DNA of 56,335 bases from Trichomonas gallinae. Taxonomy: Eukaryota. Each line of letters begins with the position of its first letter. Position 1 is the first letter of the stretch. The notes beneath the pieces are model-generated. The model was not told where the DNA came from. It saw only the letters and a program-made list of their open reading frames with translations, and ran no database searches. The stretch spans positions 1 through 56,335 of the forward strand of contig MRSU01008419.1 of assembly GCA_008369845.1 (NCBI GenBank), given 5' to 3'. The translations under genes were made by a program, and so were the position numbers. Below, piece after piece: positions 51,660 to 56,335 of this stretch.

Positions 51660-53165
51660 TTATACATTATATAAGTTGGACATATTTTCAAGTATAGGTG
51701 ACATATATTCGCCATCTGCCTGAATATGCAGTCCTTCCAAGTAATTGATGCATCCGCTAATGAAACAATTCTCATTACAATGCATTAAATCATAGTTTAC
51801 CATGTTTTTAGCGTCAATGTAATGAATTTGAGCAGCTTCTGCAAGAATTTTTGTTCTTTGATCGCAGTCCATGTTAAAATGAGAGAATTCTACGAGAATA
51901 CTCCCAGAATTCATGAAGTAAGCCAGTTCAGAGCCATGATATTTAATTGCAAATAAAATTTTTGATCTTGATATATTATAAAGAATTCGAGGAATCATTT
52001 GTATTGAATAATTTATAACTTGTAACTCATATGATGGGAATTTTTCTTTAATAGCATTGATGACACTTGTTGAATTTGATTGACTCATAATAGGATCATG
52101 AAGAAAAGTTATGACATTCTCAGTCCGTGATAGATTAAAGTGTCTTTTGAAGTTACTATTTGGAATGTACAAAGAATCAGCAGAATATGGAGAAATATTA
52201 TTTTTTTGACTTTTGTCGAATTTGGACAATCCAATAATAGTATTATCATACAAAACATTATGCGCATTTATTCGCGTCGAATAGCTGCCGTTTACAAAGA
52301 TCTTCATGAAATAATCATTTTCAGCTGAGTTTTCGACTTCAATAAACGTGTGTTGTAGCTTGTTTGATGGATCATAGGCATTGAACATTAAATCTATGGG
52401 CATATATACGTCAATTAAACGATTTAAAAACGAATTTCTAGAATCATGAACACCAACTGTCCCAAATAGAACCAAATTATCCTTAACATAGTCAATAGAA
52501 GTTTGCATTGGGTTATTTTGCTGCAAAACTTGAGTGCTATCGATTGCTCTATACTTGGCGAACGAATTATTGATTCTTGCTCCTAATGATAAAAATTGTT
52601 CAGGGAATTTGTAGTTGCATGGATAATTAATGATGAGATTAGGCCCAATTGTTGATATATTGCGTGCTAAACAGTGCTGAATTGGATCTCCAAAGCATTT
52701 TAATTGAGTATATTTTGAATTTTCTTTAAAATTGGTAAGATGTAATTTAACGACATATTTATATCGAGTTGCCTGCTGATCTTTAAAATTGTTCGATGAT
52801 TTAGCACAAAATAAAAGTCCAGGATTTTCTTGAACGAATAAAAGCGGGAAATTTATTGCTAATGTATTATTATCGAAGAAATATGCATTTGTGATAGATT
52901 TTTGAGGGCAAAACAATTCACTATGAAATTGAATCCCTAAGAATGAAAAATACGAAGCAATTTTCCATGGATTATATGATGATATGGTTTTGTGGAACGA
53001 TATTTGTATAGTATCTCCGTTTGTCGTAACATCTCGAATTTGATTGCAAATATTTTGTGGATCTTCAAGAAAATCGTTCATATTCTTGAAGAATACTTTA
53101 TAAATGAAGTATCCTGCAGATATGCTGTATATTATACTGCAGAGGCCGAGTAATATTGAAACCCG
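51660..53165 (-). CDS. GT61 (DUF563)-like type II membrane glycosyltransferase with a non-ATG 5' end
   Basis: C-terminal SRSKILFAIKYHGSELAYFMNSGSILVEF resembles the GT61 HGAGL..F...VIE motif. The TM VSILLGLCSIIYSISAGYFIY lies upstream of the first ATG (53081), with an in-frame TAA at 53225. The start coordinate given (CGG) is inferred. Confidence 0.65.
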   Translation of the reverse strand, partial: RVSILLGLCSIIYSISAGYFIYKVFFKNMNDFLEDPQNICNQIRDVTTNGDTIQISFHKTISSYNPWKIASYFSFLGIQFHSELFCPQKSITNAYFFDNNTLAINFPLLFVQENPGLLFCAKSSNNFKDQQATRYKYVVKLHLTNFKENSKYTQLKCFGDPIQHCLARNISTIGPNLIINYPCNYKFPEQFLSLGARINNSFAKYRAIDSTQVLQQNNPMQTSIDYVKDNLVLFGTVGVHDSRNSFLNRLIDVYMPIDLMFNAYDPSNKLQHTFIEVENSAENDYFMKIFVNGSYSTRINAHNVLYDNTIIGLSKFDKSQKNNISPYSADSLYIPNSNFKRHFNLSRTENVITFLHDPIMSQSNSTSVINAIKEKFPSYELQVINYSIQMIPRILYNISRSKILFAIKYHGSELAYFMNSGSILVEFSHFNMDCDQRTKILAEAAQIHYIDAKNMVNYDLMHCNENCFISGCINYLEGLHIQADGEYMSPILENMSNLYNV

Positions 53166-53542
53166 CGAAAAAATCTGAATTTTTAGTGTCACTTTTTGAA
53201 ATATGAAAAAATTATCATGATTTTATTTTGGATGTAACTCATCACACAATCAATAATTTCCAATACAAGTCAAACCATCAGATACTATAACATTTATATA
53301 TTAGATTAATCTATATTTCATTAACCGGAAAAAGATCATGATTGATATTTTATCAATTTTAATATTTGTCTAATATTTTCGATTTTTTGACACTTTACAT
53401 GACATTTTTTTAAAAAAATCGTTTTTCTAAAAATTATACATGTTTGTTGCAACTTGCTTGTTGAATAAGTGTTTCGTGCTACATAAATATTTAAATAGAT
53501 TTAATTGTTTTACAATACAAACAAAATATATAAAATAAAATA

Positions 53543-54826
53543 TTATAATGTTAGGCGAGCAGAGTGATAAGTTCGCGGCCTGTAAGTTGGGATCGAATTT
53601 GGCATCCTTGGGGTTCTTTTGAGAACTTCATCTTTAAATGAATTCCTTGTTACTGAATTGTAGTCGCGCGCTTCATCTAAGCACTTGGTTCTGAATGACT
53701 TCCATAGATGCTTTCTGAGATTCTCTATATAATCGTTAACAACAGTTTGATCATCACGCTGATCTAAAATGTTTTTCAAAATTTCCTTTTGTACTACCAT
53801 TGGAATCAGAGAGAAGAAGTCACGATAATCAAGCAACATGCCTTTCACCCTTCGCACAACTGATGCTTTGAATTCATATAATTTAGAAGTATATACTTCA
53901 GGGAGAGCAAAAATGGTATTTTCACCATAAGTAGCGGCAACAAGAGTTGATTCACCTTCTGGAAGCTCAAAATCAAGTTCGCCAATATGTAATTTCTCTG
54001 GTTCGACGGATATTTTTGTAAAATCGATATTTCTATGGACTTTAATAAGTCCAGACTTAATCAAAATGAATCCATTGTGAATCGGATTTGAATTTTCGAT
54101 TAATGTGCCTTCTTCGATCTCGAAATCCTTGAGAGACTCTGCAACATACTCCAATATATCCGGATAATCGAACAAAGGCTCGAGTTTTGTGATATTTAAA
54201 ATTAATGCTGTTCTTTCTTGAACAATTAAGTTGTTAATCGTTTCTAAAACGAATCTGAATGTATATGGATCAACCCTGAGTACTTCAGTTTCGCCAACAG
54301 CAATGCAAAATTGTTTTCGATAAGAATTTGTGAGCATTTCTTCTCTTCCGACATCTTCTGAAACAGTAGCTCTTCTAACAATGCGAAAATGTTGCTTTCT
54401 AAGAACAGGATTGTGAATTCTGCGAATATATTTGCTTGATAATATTTCATCTGGATCTGTAGGCTCTTTATCGCATTTTTCGACGAGAATGACATTACCT
54501 GAGTATATTAAATACCATCCATCATTCAAATCATCAAGCTTATAAACTAATTCGCCGTCTTTGTAATTTTCGAGTTGAATTGCTTTGCAAATATCTTTCT
54601 GTACTCTTTCATTCTTCGCAATTGACGTGAAAACAGGCCATTCTTTGAGGTATGTGTATATAGCTTCGACATTTAAGAGAGAGCGTTGGTTTGGTGGCGT
54701 TTGAAGAGATCTGTAGACAGCGGACATTGCAAACCTAGGAGTCAGTGCATAAGCAGGCAATCTAGGTACGACAATGATTCTCTGGCGGCGAGCTGTTTTA
54801 GGAGAAACCCGCGCAGAGTAAGACAT
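53543..54826 (-). CDS. Cyclic nucleotide-binding domain protein (two CNB-like domains)
   Basis: LENYKDGELVYKLDDLNDGWYLIYSGNV and GFILIKSGLIKV CNB beta-roll motifs. ATG at 54826. Confidence 0.8.
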   Translation of the reverse strand: MSYSARVSPKTARRQRIIVVPRLPAYALTPRFAMSAVYRSLQTPPNQRSLLNVEAIYTYLKEWPVFTSIAKNERVQKDICKAIQLENYKDGELVYKLDDLNDGWYLIYSGNVILVEKCDKEPTDPDEILSSKYIRRIHNPVLRKQHFRIVRRATVSEDVGREEMLTNSYRKQFCIAVGETEVLRVDPYTFRFVLETINNLIVQERTALILNITKLEPLFDYPDILEYVAESLKDFEIEEGTLIENSNPIHNGFILIKSGLIKVHRNIDFTKISVEPEKLHIGELDFELPEGESTLVAATYGENTIFALPEVYTSKLYEFKASVVRRVKGMLLDYRDFFSLIPMVVQKEILKNILDQRDDQTVVNDYIENLRKHLWKSFRTKCLDEARDYNSVTRNSFKDEVLKRTPRMPNSIPTYRPRTYHSARLTL

Positions 54827-55215
54827 CACAAAAAATAAAAGAAAAATGCAAAAATTTTTGAAGAAATAAATATAGAATTGGATAATAAATCAAATTCACA
54901 CTTTAAATACACAAAACAATTTTTCGTTTTTAAATTGAATTGAAAATAATCGACACTTTACATCAAAAGTATTTTCAATGAATTTAGCTTATATATTTAT
55001 TCAATCATGAAGACCTTCCACCAATGTCATTTTTAATCTTAGTAGATTCATATTTGTTAGCAAATATTTTAATATTACTGTATTGTGATGATATTCGTCA
55101 AAATATTTTAATTAACTAACTTGAAAAACAATTAAGTTATTTCGTCGCATTATGATACGGATATTTCAACAATATTTATATTCTTTTTTGATGATGATGC
55201 AAAAGAAATGATGGT

Positions 55216-56166
55216 TTAATTCATGGACGTTGAGGCAACTAGTAAACTGAATTGCTTCATATGAATGAAGTTATCATGCAGACATGTCTGCTCTTCTTCT
55301 GTAACTTCTTCGGAACAAGACATCGTTAACGGTATATTTATATAATTCTTTGATAAAGCATTGCCATTAATCGTTATTGATTTTTCAGGCACTACATCAC
55401 TATAAAAGCAGTTTACAAATACCGAAAATCCATCAGATTCATATATGAAGCGTAATCCTTCATAATTCGAACCCCATAAACTATAAAGATTGATGAAGTT
55501 ACATGCAATAAAAAATGTATTATATACTGAAAAATAACATGCAAAAATTTCAATATCTTGAAAAAGGCAATTTTCAACAAAATTTGTTGTTTCTTCTTGA
55601 TTCTCATGCTTATGTATACCAACAATTTCACAACCATAAATAGAATTATTATAAAAAACATTATGGTGCATTTTTATTAATCCAATGTCATCACACATAG
55701 TATTTGGTTTTTTATTTAATGTAAAATTAGTGCTAGACATTGTGTTTTCAAGAGATTTAATCCTTATTAAATAGCTGTAAGTATTTAAAGATGAGATGCT
55801 GCATTGATCTATAATAATTTGTGATGCATTGCTTATTCGTGCATGTACTGTTTTATATTCATAATAAGATAGTGAATTCACATGACCTACCTTCTCTTGA
55901 ATACAAATGCCATTATACATATCTATTGCCATCCCATGATAATTGTTATTATAACCATTATATTTAAAAACTAAAGAATCAAATATCACACATGCAATCA
56001 AAACATTTGCATAACATTCAAACAGTAATACAGTGCAAGAAATGTTTTGGAATGTAACATGTTTAATGTTATATTTTACTAATGTACAGTAGCTGACATT
56101 TAATGAAACACTTTCATTGTAATGCTCAGCATTATCATAAAAACGTTCCCAATAATTATGAGACAT
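55216..56166 (-). CDS. Hypothetical Cys/Asn-rich protein, possible parallel beta-helix (trichomonad-expanded family)
   Basis: 316 aa with repeats such as IDQCSISS, FVENCLFQD, FIACNFIN and FVNCFYSD. Confidence 0.55.
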   Translation of the reverse strand: MSHNYWERFYDNAEHYNESVSLNVSYCTLVKYNIKHVTFQNISCTVLLFECYANVLIACVIFDSLVFKYNGYNNNYHGMAIDMYNGICIQEKVGHVNSLSYYEYKTVHARISNASQIIIDQCSISSLNTYSYLIRIKSLENTMSSTNFTLNKKPNTMCDDIGLIKMHHNVFYNNSIYGCEIVGIHKHENQEETTNFVENCLFQDIEIFACYFSVYNTFFIACNFINLYSLWGSNYEGLRFIYESDGFSVFVNCFYSDVVPEKSITINGNALSKNYINIPLTMSCSEEVTEEEQTCLHDNFIHMKQFSLLVASTSMN

Positions 56167-56257
56167 GTAATTTATAATATCTTAAATTAGCTCATTCATG
56201 CTTGTAAAATGAGCAACAATGAAAATATTAACCAAATTTTTAACCGCAGATTTCGTA

Positions 56258-56335
56258 CAGTCACCCTAAAAACCCGTCGAACGCTGTGCAAACCCGTCTA
56301 ACGTCGTTTTTTTAGCGTAAAAATAGCATTTTCTT
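56258..56335 (+). mobile_element. Probable left terminal inverted repeat of a Tc1/mariner/pogo-like DNA transposon
   Basis: TA|CAGTCACCC start, plus internal direct repeats AAACCCGTC(G/T)AACG at 56270 and 56290. The other end lies outside the window. Confidence 0.5.

Noticed and set aside
54804..54817. GCG CGG GTT TCT (ARVS) near the start of the cNMP-binding gene, similar to the TCG CGR GTT TC motif
   Set aside because: A normal in-frame ATG lies four codons upstream and there is no T-run or signal anchor; treated as coincidence.

Overview
AT-rich, gene-dense, apparently intron-less eukaryotic DNA with the hallmarks of a trichomonad, most likely Trichomonas vaginalis or a close relative. 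The organism call is inferred from gene families, TCAY initiators just upstream of ATGs, AAAGTGAC promoter motifs and stop codons overlapping TAAA. About 24 protein-coding genes are supported, including syntaxin-16, glucose-6-phosphate isomerase, MCM7, PP2A B56, a PP2A-A-like HEAT protein, a NAP1/HEM-like protein, a thioredoxin/PDI membrane protein, a bacterial-type SDR, GT31- and GT61-like glycosyltransferases, a Bap-like surface protein and DUF3447/ankyrin proteins. There is also one tRNA-Asp(GTC), two ankyrin pseudogene fragments and several probable transposon remnants. The most striking observation is that two unrelated type II glycosyltransferase genes have no in-frame ATG ahead of their transmembrane anchor. 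Both carry the same in-frame 14-nt motif TTT TCG CGR GTT TC where the start codon is expected. A third secretory gene (Bap-like) also lacks an ATG for 299 codons, and related TTTCGCGR words head two decayed units. This suggests non-AUG (possibly CGR) initiation or another 5'-end mechanism. Other points are a recurrent TGWCATGTAAA promoter element, a TGTTTGT element just after stop codons, two probable pseudo-enzymes and a candidate structured RNA at 32.7-32.9 kb. All family calls come from motif recognition by eye; no searches were run.
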